Shown piece by piece: positions 25,961 through 39,373 of a DNA stretch of 64,000 nucleotides; positions within the stretch are counted from its first letter, which is position 1, and each line of letters starts with the position of its first letter. The translations under genes were made by a program, and so were the position numbers. Source of the stretch: Trichosphaerium sp. ATCC 40318 (taxonomy: Eukaryota > Protista > Tubulinea); assembly GCA_038496445.1 (NCBI GenBank), contig JALMLS010000455.1, forward strand, positions 930,001-994,000. The letters run 5' to 3'. The notes beneath the pieces were generated by a model. It was not told where the DNA came from, ran no database searches, and was given only the letters and a program-made list of their open reading frames with translations.

Positions 25961-26030
25961 AAAAACAAAAAACAAAAAAAAAAAAAACAAAAAAAAAACC
26001 AAAAAAAAACAAAAAAAAAAAACAAAAAAA
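25961..26030 (+). repeat. A-rich (A4-13 C)n tract
   Basis: aaaacaaaaaaacaaaaaaaaaaaaaacaa... directly after the stop of ORF 25692..25961. Confidence 0.8.
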
Positions 26031-26039
26031 TTTTGCTAG

Positions 26040-26768
26040 AAAATCCTTTACAACACCAAGCGTGTGTTGCAACCTTTTTAAAATTGAAATATTCTTCAAA
26101 TCCAGTTATCGCTTTCTCCACTTTTGCTTGGCAATGAAACAACCATCTGAACGGCTGTACATCGTCTCAACACATTAAAATATACCTAGATACCTCACTC
26201 ACAGAGTCAGGGTTATTATCTCTTGTCAAACATCTTAAGTTTATTGAGATAGTAGATATGGACCAAATTACATATGTATACAGTCACTAGCTGGAATACC
26301 ATATAAAACTACATGATAAAAAAGATATAGATCATACGCTGGTTTGGATATCTGGAGTACACACTATATACATATCTAAAAACCAAATTACAGATGAAGA
26401 CATTACAGCATTAGCTGGTGTACATTCCATAAATTTATCTTGGTGTGACCTCATTACAGATGTTGGCATTTCAGCATTAGCTGGTGTACATACTATAGAC
26501 ATAAGTTATACGTCAGTAAAAGATAAGGTATTTCAGCACTGGCTGATGTACACAGCATAAAGTTACATGAAACATCAGTCACTTAGGGCATTTCGGCACT
26601 GGTTGGTGTAAAGAGCATTCAACTTTGGGGTTGTAAGGAAATCACAGGGTCTTGTATGAAATACCTTGTTGGTGTGCACACTACTGATCTATCAAACACA
26701 AAAGCAACAGATGATTGGCTTGTTCCACTTAAAAGGTTGAAGTATTACATTGTTGGGTGTAAGGAAAT
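26040..26768 (+). pseudogene. Decayed LRR-repeat gene (GVHTIxLSxCxxITDxGISAL units)
   Basis: GVHSINLSWCDLITDVGISALAGVHTIDISYT, VKSIQLWGCKEITG; frameshift near 26528 and in-frame TAG near 26584; 3' end truncated by the copy-3 duplication. Confidence 0.8.
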
Positions 26769-26977
26769 TAAAGTATGTTATGTCCATAAAGTGGATTGCG
26801 TCTTGCTCAACTGCGGTACGAGATTTTTTATTGTCCAGTCTTTTTTTTTGGTAATGCATGGGTTTGTTTGACCCTTGTTTGTTTAGGTCACCAAGGCCTT
26901 TGCCAAGGATGCGCAACAAAGCTTGATCAATGCCCTTGGTATAAGCTACCTGTAGAACGAAGGTATACAGGGTTTAG
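26769..26977 (+). pseudogene. Duplicated 3' fragment of the RING E3 gene (parent 57909-58125)
   Basis: KVCYVHKVDCVLLNCG|HQGLCQGCATKLDQCPWY: last Zn ligand C->Y and a 7-nt deletion relative to the parent. Confidence 0.85.
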
Positions 26978-27188
26978 AAATAGAACCGATTGTACAGAAT
27001 TCAAAAAAAAATATTAATCTTCAAGCTAAAACGAAGACTTTGGTTTATTGAGAACAAAGGTGAACATTGTACTGTCCTGTTCTATCCCTGAAAAGTTAGT
27101 CGGTACTCAATGAAAGGGGTTCGTAGCATATAAAGTCTAGTGAAATCGCTATGATCTGTGATATGTTTGTAGTTAAACTTGGGCTTGC

Positions 27189-30100
27189 TTACAAGTCTAG
27201 TACATCTGCAGGATTATCTGTGACTGAAACATTCTTGTATTTCTTTTTGAGGTACTTGACTTTTGCTTTGTTTCCTAGATTCAAAAGATGAGCGTATTTA
27301 ACATCAAATACAATTGATTGTTGTATTACACATACCACAAAACACAAGAATAGGTATTTTACTCCATTTCTTATTTTGCTTAATTATACTTTTCACCAAG
27401 TGCTCTGCTGCATTCTCATCTCCATCACCTTTACGGTACCTATTTGTTATAATACGTAGCCTGTTGTTACAATATCCTTTAAACTTTTGAAGCCAATCCA
27501 AAACCTCTGAGGATGATGTCATTGGCAAAACCTTCCGAGTGTTAGTACCCTTCAACATATTCTATTTGGTTTATGTACCTCTGTTTTCTTTGGCCGAGCT
27601 TTTAATAGTGTTGCAATATTTTTGTTCTCATTGGATAAGTTATCATCAACCCATAAGATGAGACACTTTGCATCTCTGTACTTGATGTTGAGCTGTTTCA
27701 GATTGATAGTGTTTGTGCTTTGATAATAAACAAGGTATCTCGGAAGAATCTGTTAAAAGGATAGTTAGAAGCAACTGCCAAAGGGTTATTAAGAAGAATA
27801 TGAGGTTTGTACTTGTTTGTTGGAGAATACAACAATTTCATCAAAGTCTGGTTTTTCATGTTTTTTACAAGGATAGCAAACGCGAGCACTTCCTTGTTTT
27901 TTAACAATAGCATAGTGTGAATCATATCCATCCTATTTTTACATTGTTAGCCTAATGGGTAATTTCAATGGATTACCTTGCATCCTTTCCCATACAGGCT
28001 GTTTGGATCACAAGGGTCAGGAAACTCAGTAGCTGGATAAGGTTTTCCCATCATCACCCACGATATCAACATACAAGGAGTATCTGTCTTGTTCCACTCA
28101 GCATACACCTTTCCTACAACAACTCTATTGTTAACTCCGAACATGACTAATAGCAGGTACCGTAATTGGGGTATTGTGTAAAGTAGGTACCTTTCCCTTT
28201 GTTAAATTATTAGAGATAAGGTGTTGAAAGGTAAGGTTTTTAAATGTAGTACCAAAGAATCCTTTGTCTTTCTTGTCTTTTGACTTTGTTGGGTCTCTGA
28301 AGTTGTTTGTTGCAATTAAGAAACTGGTATCCTATGCGTGCGTATAAGTAGCATACTTAATATGACGACAGTACCTGTGTTGTACCATGAAACCCACCAA
28401 TGAGATTGATTTGCTCATTACCAGAAACACGAAGAGTGTAGTTTTTTAAATGGTTCATTGTCCGTTCTTGTGCTTCAATTATATTTTTATCAACTGCACT
28501 CAAACTGCTATCGCTAATATCTAAATGATGGATTAATAAGAATTACTAGCAAATGTTCACAATCACTTACCTGAAGATTTAGATTGAAGTACTTTAGCAA
28601 CGAGCTGTTCATATTTTTTTTGGAATGCAGCTTCAAGTGTTTGATTGTCAAAGAATACAATCTTTTCAAGTTTAAAGAACGACTCACTCTCAGTACCCAT
28701 AAACTTGTAGAACATATTGCGAGCTCTCAAGTACTCATCACAACGCTCCTTTTTAGATCAGTCAGCAAAGATGAAATACAAAGTCAGAAAAAGTGTTACA
28801 CATACTTTGGTTGTTTCGTTGCTTGCGAGAGAAGTCCATCTCAAACCTGGATACTTTTTCTTGTTCTCTTTCCAATCACCTTGTTTTAAAAATCGTTCAC
28901 CATGAAGACTGCTCCACAAGCTATTGTGGCTTATTGTGAGTACAGGAAAGCCCTTTTTCAAGTGAGAGGCAGTGACAATATCTCCTATCAGATTGTTGTA
29001 AGTAAAGTTGACCTTCACATTGTGGTTACCTGTTTGTTCAAACTTATATGGAGTTTTTATAGCAACAACAACGTGACCGTTTTGAATACTTGCAGGGCAT
29101 AGCTGAACTTGTTTACCTTCCAATGGTGCTAAGTATGATCCAATACATTTCTAAACATAGATGAATACTTAACTATGATATTGCTATTGTACCTTCCATA
29201 ACCACGGCACCTTGCCTCTGATCACAATGTTTATGGCAAGGTTATTATAGTACAGCACAATTGTGTTACCATAAAAATCATTCAATACAATCAGATTTGA
29301 AAATAGGCGGAACTCTTTGTTGTGGAACTCTAGATAATTTTGTAAGCATAAATACAACATTATTTCGGTGCTTTCCTCTTAATCTTGTTTGCAAGTTATT
29401 AAACACATCTATTGACAATTCTGGAGAAGTAAATTGATAAGCCAAGAACTTTGAAACAGTTGATATGTGCTCATATTTGTCGGTAAGTGACTAAAGGTTG
29501 TTTAGCAACAATAACAATAAACAAGAAAGCAAAGAAAAAATTGAGAAAAAAAACCAAAAGAGAACACGTGACTAAACGTACTATTTTTTGAGTCTTTGAA
29601 TTTTTCTTGATTGTTTCAATCGTCTTGGTCTCAAAACTATCATCTTTTTTAGGTATGAATGATAGTAACCTCCACTCTGTTGCCAACTTGCTCAAGTAAA
29701 ACACTTCAGAAAATATGGATAATTCCTCATTTCTATTTTTAACTAGATTGATACTGGACTCCTTTTCTGTCACAGGTGGAAAGTACAACATATCAGCTTT
29801 TGGCAATAATGAAATTATGATGTATCCATCTGAGCCGTACACTTTCTAACCACAATAAGTAAATAATGTACCAAAAAAAAAACATGTTACGAAGTGTTAC
29901 CTTTTCTTCTTTTGTCAAGCGAACACAAAATGACAGTTCAACCAAGAATCTCATCACTTGCTTCACTTCAACCATTGTACACTTTTTGAATACTTTTGAG
30001 ATGCGATAATGGGCCTCTGCATCTGTGAATACAGCACAGTGATTTCGAGAATTGTCATTCAATAGTCTGTTCAGGTGTTCTGTAGGAGCAACAAAGACAC

Positions 30101-32379
30101 TCATAATACGAGATAGAATGGGAGGGTCTAAACACAACATGTACGATGACTAGAGGATAATTAAATCAAATTCAAGTGCATAGAAAAGGTTTTAGGTAAG
30201 CAGTACCTCATCAAACATAATGCTACCAATAGAGTGAAGGTAATTTAACGAAGCAACCAACTCAATTGGAGCCATTTTACAAGTTTCAGGTAATAATTTG
30301 ATGACTTGTTCACTATTTTCATGTTATTCATCAGTGTTTCTGTATGATACTTCAACGTACATTGATATGATGTTACCCTTCAATCTATCTTTTTTCACAA
30401 CTGCTTTCTTTAATGCTTTTTGTACTTTGTCATAAAGAGTTGGTACTTTTGGGTATTGTGACTTCATGTATTTTGCTTGATGCTTCAATTGCTTTTCAAG
30501 ATCAGAGATACCTTTTGAAACAACATTAGGAGCCTTGCTTAGTTAAAATAAAACGAGTACCGTCTAAGCAAAACACAAGGTACACTGATGATTTCATCTG
30601 ATTGAAGGAGTATAGTGCTTTTTTATTGTCTTCTAGGTCTCCTGCATGAATATCCAACTTGGATCCATATACTATCACTGAGTAGAATGTTCCATCTTGT
30701 CCACGCAAAAACTTACTAAGGGTATGAACCCAGTGCTTAAGGTGCTTCTTTTGTTCTACAATTGATAGCGATAAGTCGATCTAAAAATAAATATTGATAA
30801 GAAAAGGTTTGAACACGTGGTTTTAGGATCTTACAACAATGACGTAAATAGCAAGTTGTTTTGCGAAAAAATACTTGTGAAGTCCTTTGTATTCCATCTG
30901 TCCAGCAAAGTCTAAAACAGTGAATGATAAATTACCATATCTAATATGTATGTCAGTATAACATCTAAATATATTATTATCAAACACACAATAGAGAAGA
31001 GGTATCAAAGCCAACTGTTGAATCAACACTGTCATCTTTTTCGCCTGACAACATCTTTACTAAAGTTGTCTTTCCTAATATTTACGTTAATGTAAAGAAA
31101 CTCATATTGCTTGAGGATACCTGATCCTCCATGACCCACAACCAACAATTTTGCTTTCAGTTGCTTCATGTATTCATATTCTGTGTGATCCATACCAGAA
31201 GCAATAGTTGATGGCTTTTTTTGAGGGGACAACATTTTGTAATATTCAGTTTGAAATTGTTTTTTTGTAATGTTGTTTATCTTTATTGGTATCACACGTG
31301 CCCCTGGAATCTCACGTGCTACAGTTGTAACTAAGGTATTAATGTGAGTGCACAGTTAAATATGAGAACACTATTGGTATGTACCTTGATGTAATGATAT
31401 CTCAGGGTCATGTAAACAAAGATCATAAACAAATACCACATCACAGGCACAATTGTTTTCATCTGTGTATTGTCTTATCCGTTTGACAACTCGAGTGAAC
31501 ATCTCTTTTGCAACGATCTCAAAAATTAAAGATTTTTGATATGATATTTTGAAACTGTCATTTGGTAAAGTAAAAACCGTGGAAGCTACAAACCAGTCAT
31601 TCAGCTTTTTGAAATACTTGTTATCTTCTGAAAATACATGCACATCTTTAACGTCTGTGGATGTACTTTTGGCGCAAATTATTGGCATTTTGAAAAAGGC
31701 GTGTTGATTGGGTTCTCCAGAAATCTTGGTATCTGCCGGATTAAGAAACTTATTGTGCAAAAAGTCACCAATGTATTTTACGCCATCTGCCGAATAATAC
31801 TCTCCTTTTCCTGTTCTCTTGCCATCCACAAAGTCACCGATGTATTTGGTACCATCTGGCCAATGATACTCTCCTTTTCCTGTTCTCTTGCCATCTACAA
31901 AGTCACCGATGTATTTTTCGCCATTTGGTGAATAATACTCTCCTTTTCCTGTTATCTTGCCATCCGCAAAGTCACCGATGTATTTGGTACCATCTAGCCA
32001 ATAATACTCCCCTTTTCCTGTTATCTTGCCATCCACAAAGTCACCAATGTATTTGGTACCATCTAGGCAATAAAACTCTCCTTTTCCTGTTCTCTTGCCA
32101 TCCACAAAGTCACCGATATATGTGGTACCATTTTCATAACCTATACGTATTTTTGGTAATCATCACATAAAACACTCTCTTACCACTAACATCGTTATCA
32201 CAGTACCATGTCTGTTCGCCTTTACCATGTCGGATACCATTTTTTAAAGTCCCTTTGTAAAAACAACCCTCATCCAGAACGAATATTTTACCTACATAAG
32301 GATTATTGATAACAACTTCAAAAAAAAAAAGCCGCTTACCAAAAACCAAAAGATCGCCACAAGCGGATTTAATTTCCAT
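27189..32379 (-). CDS. MORN-Roc-COR-PARP-pseudoreceiver Roco protein, copy 3 (inverted; intact only if a GA-donor intron is spliced)
   Basis: ATG 32379 (MEIKSACGDLLVF); same exon series and motifs (FHGT, FGKGTYFT, DEIVVF, ILWVDD); stop at 27189; 46-nt GA..AG segment 29330-29375. Confidence 0.82.
31745..32125 (-). repeat. MORN array of copy 3: 6 GDF units
   Basis: 69-bp tandem units in and just upstream of ORF 31371..32105. Confidence 0.92.
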
Positions 32380-34199
32380 TGTTTACGATCAACCGCAAAC
32401 GACACAAAAATCTACTGACTGTGCTTTGTAGTTCGCTAAAGAAAAACCATTACACAAATTTACGAAAAATTCACTAAAAATAAATGTGCACGTGAAAGTT
32501 TATGAAATAGAAAAAAGTCTTTTCCAATGATAGCCAAATAACTTGTACCTTGTAAAACAATGTAGTTAACACTTCTACGTATGTTAAAAGCGTCTAAGTT
32601 GGTTACGTGAGGATATACACCAAAAACCCTACAAAGCGTCAGGACAGAGTTTGTAATCGCCCGCTCTTAACAAGACGCGAAGGCGACAGAGTTCTAAAAA
32701 ACTAAACCAGGCAAAACCCAAGACGAAGATTAGCGTTTAAAATTTCAAGCGTAAACCCAAGAAACATTAGTGTTTAAAATTTGTGTACCTGAATAAGACT
32801 TCAAACCAATAGACCGTGTTTGCTATTGTGTAATGACGTGATTTGTTTACTAATGTTGACGGTTCGAACAAAACGGTTTACGGTCCATCACTGTGCTAAA
32901 TTAGTGAACCCACATAAAAGGGTTTATTTTGAAAGGATCGTTCGCGAGTTCGAAAATAGGTTTTCAGGTGAGTTTGAAATAAATTTAGTTTTTCTTTGCG
33001 TTTTGCGTAGGGAATAAGAGCTCAATTGCTATCCCAGTGGAGTATTTGGTCACCAAAACGAGGGACTTAAATCAATAAAACACGCATTGTTCTTGTAACG
33101 CAGAACAATAAATTGTTTTGAAGGATCAGAAGATTATAAACAGAATCAACTGCAATGACAAGTAGCAGGTAGTAATTTTCGACAAGCCTGTGTACAGGAA
33201 ACTGCTTTCGGAATACCAAGTCACCTTTCGCTGAAGTTTGCTCGGGTACTACTTTATTGTGTCGTGAATATCTTTAATCCTTGGCTCAGTAACGCTATAG
33301 TGGTAGCTTCAGTAATTTCTATAGACATTTAGACAATTTATAATTGTAGTTTTTTCCAACTTGTGCTCTAGGCCATCTGACATTCTCAAGGTTGACAAAT
33401 ATCTCAAAACTCAAATCAGTTATTTGAGTACTAGTAAATCTCAAACGTTGTCAAAGTGTTTTTAGACAAAGTATGCTAACGCTGATAAGGATAGCTAACG
33501 AACAATTAGGAATAGTATCTAGGGGGAGGTCAATCAAAGAATACAATAAACTAGCGTATATATTTTGCAAGAACAAAAGGATTGTAGAAACAGGCAATAC
33601 CATCAAAGGGAATGATAGAACTGGCAAGATTAGGAGATAAACGTCAAACACAAGTGGAAAATTAAATAGTTTTTAACGAACGAGGAGGACGAAAAGAATT
33701 AAAGTTAAAGGAGAACCCAAGGATACGTCACGAAGAAAGGCCTTTGTACAGGACATACAAGGAGTCAAATAGAAGTGGAAAGCATAGCAAAGAGGGTCAT
33801 CAAAATGTTCAGTGCAATTATACAACAAAAAAAAGAGGATGGCATATACGTAAAATGCTTACATAAGATGGAAATGGTGATACATCTCACAGTCTCTCAT
33901 TTGCAAGAAGCTTTAAAGTGCTAGATAGAACATAAATAAACAATTCCACACAGACATCCCAACTACCCAGGTAGGAATGCGATTTAAGATGCTGTAGGAA
34001 AATGTCTGTGTATAAAAAATTGACAGTAACAACGAATCCGATTTGCTGCTGTTGTCTAAATAGAGTATTCTGTATCCATCATCTTTCTAGAAGACATCGT
34101 AAATATCACGTGACTTGCTTCTCCTTAATTTTGATTTGAAAGTTTTCTGTGAAGCAGAACCTTTTAGTGTGACACTGTAGATCACTCAACGATCTTACA

Positions 34200-37100
34200 A
34201 TGAGTGTAAATCCATCATGTAACAAGCAACAGGTTTGGTACCAGGGAGAAAAACAAGTTGGTAATTTTAGCGGGGTTAGGGCAGTCTCTTATTTTCCGTT
34301 TTTTTGAAAACGCCTTATTTAGACATTACGAACATATTTGGTTTACAGTACAACGCATCTACAAGAATTCAGTCGCGGTGTATGGAAGATAGTGTCTTTA
34401 GTTCCTATATGGACAAGAGAGGGAAAAAAAGACGTTTAAACGTAAAACGCGCTTGCGAATTCTGTCGTCAGAAACACCTTAAATGTGATGGAGATGTGCC
34501 TTGTTCGCGATGTAAACAAAAAGGGTACAAGTGCAAGTACAAAAGGGCTAAAAAACGAGGACCAACTGCTGGTACGTGTATAGTGCTTTAGCTCATCGTT
34601 CATGCGTACATATTTCGTTTCGCTTACTACTCCGGTAAAAAAAAGGAGTAAAAGCAAAGCAAGACGCAGAATTCGCTCAATTGGGACAAAAAATAGCAGA
34701 GAAGGATCTTGAGGTAGCGTTTTGGCGTGAAAAATACGAAAAAGCATCGAAAGAGGTATCAGACTACGAATTAAGCGCCCTGAAACAACATAATACAACA
34801 AAAAGGGCACCTGTACGTATCATTCCCGTTTAATCAAATTTATGATCAGAAAAGCTTCTGACAGTAAGACATTATGTTGTACTTTATGGTTCTGGAAGAG
34901 GTTTGTTAATAACTCTTAATTTACGCTAGAAAAACCGAAAACGAACCGAAAACTTTTTTACCGTCGTAGGGGCAAAACCGCCTTATTTACTCGTCTTAGA
35001 CCAAATTATGGCATATTTCAACACATCTTGGTTTGAGTGCTGATATTTCTTCATGGCTTCAAGTCTACAACGCACTACTGTTCCCTTACTTTGTACGTCT
35101 TTCTTTTTTCTTCTTTTTTTTTCTTTTTTTTCTTTTTGTTCTTACGGCCATTGCCAGTTTGTTCTTACTTTTTTTTTTGATATAGGCAGTTCCAACTCAA
35201 CACTGGAATAGTAATAATATTGTCAAGACTTTCAATACAGCCTCAAGTACGTTGATGTCATCCAAAAGTTATTGCTTCTTAAATTCATATGAAAACAGCC
35301 TTGTCGTTTGATGCAACTGTCGTGGAGCTCCTGGGTATTCTTGCATTAGCAGCGCGGATATTGGGGTATACAAAAGAGGCGGAACGACTTTCAGAGATGG
35401 GAAGACTAGTATACACAAACTTATCAAGCACAAAGCATCCGAGTCTTGCAGGTACATATCTTAAGTATTTTTGTAGAATTACAGCCGGACCCACGTTTTT
35501 TCCGAATTTTTCGAAAGAAAAAATTCGAAAAAATAGAATTCGATACAAAAACCGTACCCACCAATGGATCACTATATGTGAGCGAAGGTCGGGTTCTAGT
35601 TCCGAGCACAGCGAGGACCCGACCGTAAGTGAACCAGGCGCTTTCTAGTTTAGTGGACTGCCCTAGCTATGCATCTTTCTACGAATTCTATTTTTTCGAA
35701 TTTTTGTTTTCGGAAAATTCGTAAAAAACTATGGCCCCATTACAGCTTCTGAGTTTTGATGTACCTGACGTTTTCTTGTAGCTGGACTTATTTTACTGAG
35801 TGACTATGCTATGTTTAGTGGAGATTACGCAAATGCAATAACATACCGACAAAAAGGAGCACGTGCGTGTTATATAAGTCAAACAATAATTTAGGAGATT
35901 TCTGACTATTCCTAAAAGAGATGATTCATGAAGTTTGTCAGAATACGTTGTACAGCCACTATAGCTCTACTCATCCTCTTGGATATTTGTGTACTGTAGG
36001 AAGAAGAGTTCAAATGTATACACCTATGTTCATGCAAAACAGGTCAGTAGTAATTACAACGTACTCTCAAGTTGTTTTTCTAACCTTGATTAAACAGAGC
36101 AAAAGAACTCCAGAATGTTAACGCTGTGTATCAACAAGTAGGTTACTTGATTGAAACGCCCGTTGGACTATCAATACCGGTTGGCATGCAAGTAATGTGG
36201 ACACATCTTGGAAGGGTAAAAAACAGCAAACAACAAGACTTTATTGTACTGAAGACTATATTAATAATTTTTAGGTATGGATGATGATATCAACTTCGTT
36301 TTATGGTAGAAAGCCTGGGTTCAAGTTGTTACCAATAGTAAGTTTATTCTAAAAACAAAGAGAACGAAGACTCAACAGCTACTTTTATTTGTCTTTTTTT
36401 TTTTCCACTTTCGCTTTACCCTTTTGTATTGATGATTTTGAATTTTTTCGAAGCTCAGTATTGCTATACAATATCACTGTTATACTTTAGACCATATGAT
36501 GAATTAATATGTATTTTGTTCGTAGACTGAAGATCATTTTGCTGAATATTTACATTTGATGACACGTGTGAGAGATTTTAAAGATATTGTGCTCAAAGGA
36601 GCTCATATAAATATTATTATAAATTGGGATATAGCAATAGAGTTTACAAAGAGTATTATATACTTTGCAGGAGGACACCCAGAGCAGGCCTTAAAGGTAC
36701 AGTCAAAAAGATCCACAAAAAAAAATAACAAACGTCGTTTTGGTCCTTTGCAGATAATACACATCTCTAAAACATTTATAAAATACTAAACTATGTATAC
36801 ATACACTGTGTTTTTGTAGTACTTTTCTGAAATTGCGTATTATCCTTGTTTGTGTATTGGCTTAGACTAACTTTTTTTTTTTTGAACAATAGAGAGCTAG
36901 ATCTGTGTTTTCTCGGTTAACAAAAGACCCTATGATACAGGATAAAAGCCCATTGAATATGTGTATGGCATATGATATGTGTAGCATATCTATTTATACA
37001 GGAGATTCTGCATTATTTATAGAGGTACCACAAAGCCATTTCTGGTTTTTTTCCTAATCAGCTTCTTTTTTTGTAGATTTTCACGTTTTTATTCAAACAC

Positions 37101-37396
37101 TACAAAGAAATGAGTGTCCCTTATTTGCCGTGCGTCAATCCTATTACATTTATCACATAAAACTATTCTAATCAGACATTGATAGGTACTTGCTTGATGA
37201 AGCAAATAAGGCAGCACTTGACTATGATAAATCCGAAATTATCAATATTTATTTTGACTTACCACAAGCACCTCACGCAAAGCCACCAGAACCAGTTGAA
37301 GCACCTCTACAAAACGATAAAATAGACCACTTTCCAATAGAACAACCAGGTTTAAGAAACCAACCTACTTTTTATGAAGAGCCACTAACGCTGTAA
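34200..37396 (+). CDS. Zn(II)2Cys6 binuclear-cluster transcription factor (multi-exon)
   Basis: RACEFCRQKHLKCDGDVPCSRCKQKGYKCKY..KKRGP; first exon ATG 34200 splices in frame at 34323; last exon ends EEPLTL* at 37396. Confidence 0.8.
35486..35738. mobile_element. MITE copy B in an intron of the Zn2Cys6 gene; ~55-bp imperfect TIRs, 8-bp TSD
   Basis: TIR core aaaaattcgaaaaaatagaattcg / cgaattctattttttcgaattttt; TSD ATTACAGC at 35478-35485 and 35739-35746. Confidence 0.88.
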
Positions 37397-38043
37397 GCTC
37401 ACATAATTTTTTTCCCAAGAAGTTCTTTTTGTCAACGTCATGAATCTTGCTGTTCGCGCTCTTTTTGTACATTTTTAACCCTTTCTAGTGATACTTCAAC
37501 AGAAATTACTCAACCTGATATGTTTATAAGAGGTAACGACAGCTAATAACAACACAGCAGAACATTCAAAGGTACTTTTGATTATGCCAAAAAAACATAC
37601 TGTTTTTTTTAATTTCAATCGCTAGTTGAAACGTTGAATCACATGTGGGTAATATTTTATGCTTTGTCGTGAATGTATACACATGATATTCATTCAGTTC
37701 GGCATTGATAGTGTTTCTTTACGGCCTTCTCACTTTAATGTAACAATAAATAACTAACAACTGTATCTCATTGTCGCAAGTCCTCTTGTCCGCCAAGGTA
37801 ATGTAAGAGTGTTAGTTCGCCCCCATCAATAATGACCAACTGCTTTTAACCAATCAGCATCTTTTCCTAAAAACCATCTAAATGTCGCCCTTTCGATTTC
37901 TTTGGTGCATGATTCTCTACCAAATTACCAGTTTTTTCATAAATTTCCGAATGGTAATGAACTGATTGTTTTCGTAAAAACGTTGATAAATATTAACGGA
38001 GTTACTTGCTACGATTATAAAATACAAAGCCCCATGGGGTTTA

Positions 38044-38386
38044 TTAACCAACGACATGATGACGGCTATGGTGATGTACACGGTGATGTGCATGGCGACG
38101 ACTATAGTGATGACCTCCCATCCAACTTACTTTTCTTGCAGCACGTCTACGCGCTTCTTCTGCAGCTCTACCAGCGTTGGAACCTGTTTGTTGTCTGTGG
38201 TGTTCTCTTTGAAACCTATTTTGCCGCCTTAGAGTACCTACGTAAACGTTAATAGAGTCTATGAATTGTATGTTGGAGCAGTTAGCATCAACTCGTGGCT
38301 AATACTAAAAAAAACTCACCTTGACTGTGTACTAAAGCGCACAAAGCTATTGTGACTACAAGTAATAGTATAAAGCGTGCTTGCAT
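38044..38386 (-). CDS. Small secreted His/Arg-rich peptide precursor (86 aa, 2 exons)
   Basis: Exons 38386-38320 and 38237-38044 (GT-AG) give MQARFILLLVVTIALCALVHSQGTLRRQNRFQREHHRQQTGSNAGRAAEEARRRAARKVSWMGGHHYSRRHAHHRVHHHSRHHVVG*. Confidence 0.7.
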
Positions 38387-39373
38387 TGTATTCTTTGTTT
38401 AGATTAGACGTTTTGGGATTTTCTGTTCCTTATTAGGCGTAAGATTAAGTAATTAGGCCTACTTTACTTGTGCACCGGTTTTTACAGTTTAGCACGTATT
38501 ATGAGTGTTTGCAACTCTACGCGGGACTTCAAGTTTTGTAAACTACCCAAACTATGCGAAATACGCGTAAGACAGTTCAGAGCTGTTTTTTACGCGTATA
38601 GTGAAGAGTTTTGTTTACCAAAGATCTTATTTCTAGAATCTGGCCCATATGGTGCGGACGCTTATTTCTACGCTTAGAGAGTTGTGTCTAGGCGAAAACC
38701 GCTCCTTTTAGACTTTCAATTTGTTGCAATCGAGTTTACGAGTAACCAGTATTATATTTCTTGTACACGTTACCAAGGAATATTGTAGTTTTATACTCCG
38801 AAAGGATACAAAAGAAAAATCTGATAAAGCGATTATCGTAAAAAAACAAGCAAGTCGCGAAAATGTACTCGTCCAACCGTTTTTTTATGTCAAGGCACTG
38901 ATATTTTGGACAGGTTTTAAACTAGTTTGCAAATATGGCCATATTAAACAGACGTACACTACACTAAACGTGTAACCTGCATCTCTTTTTGAAGCATCCA
39001 TTGGGAATGGGAAAATCGGAAAGTTGTCTTCAAAAAACTTCTGGATTTTCCTTTTACGCTCCATTGCCAATACGAAAAGAAAAAGAAAACCCTCAGCATA
39101 ATGTGAAAACAATCGAATGGGGTGTGGCTACTAAAATGGAAATCTGGTACAGAGGGTTATAACAAGTGGTAAGCATACAGGATATGAAGAAGATTAACTA
39201 CACAACATCGGTAATCAACCTCAAAGAGTAGGCTAGCGTACAAGTCGTACATTGTGTTAGGATACTGAAATTGAAAGAGTAGATAGGTTTGGGTACTGAA
39301 TGCCAATTGAGGAGATTCACTTTGTATTCAGAAAGCTGATGGTTATCTAATTGGTGACTTAGCATCTGATAAA

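Noticed and set aside
33300-33950. Possible F-box/MORN-variant relic upstream of copy 3
   Set aside because: Too degenerate to support by eye.
37902-38252. Plus-strand 116-aa ORF with GDVH repeats
   Set aside because: Antisense shadow of the His-rich peptide gene, which has a signal peptide and canonical splice sites.
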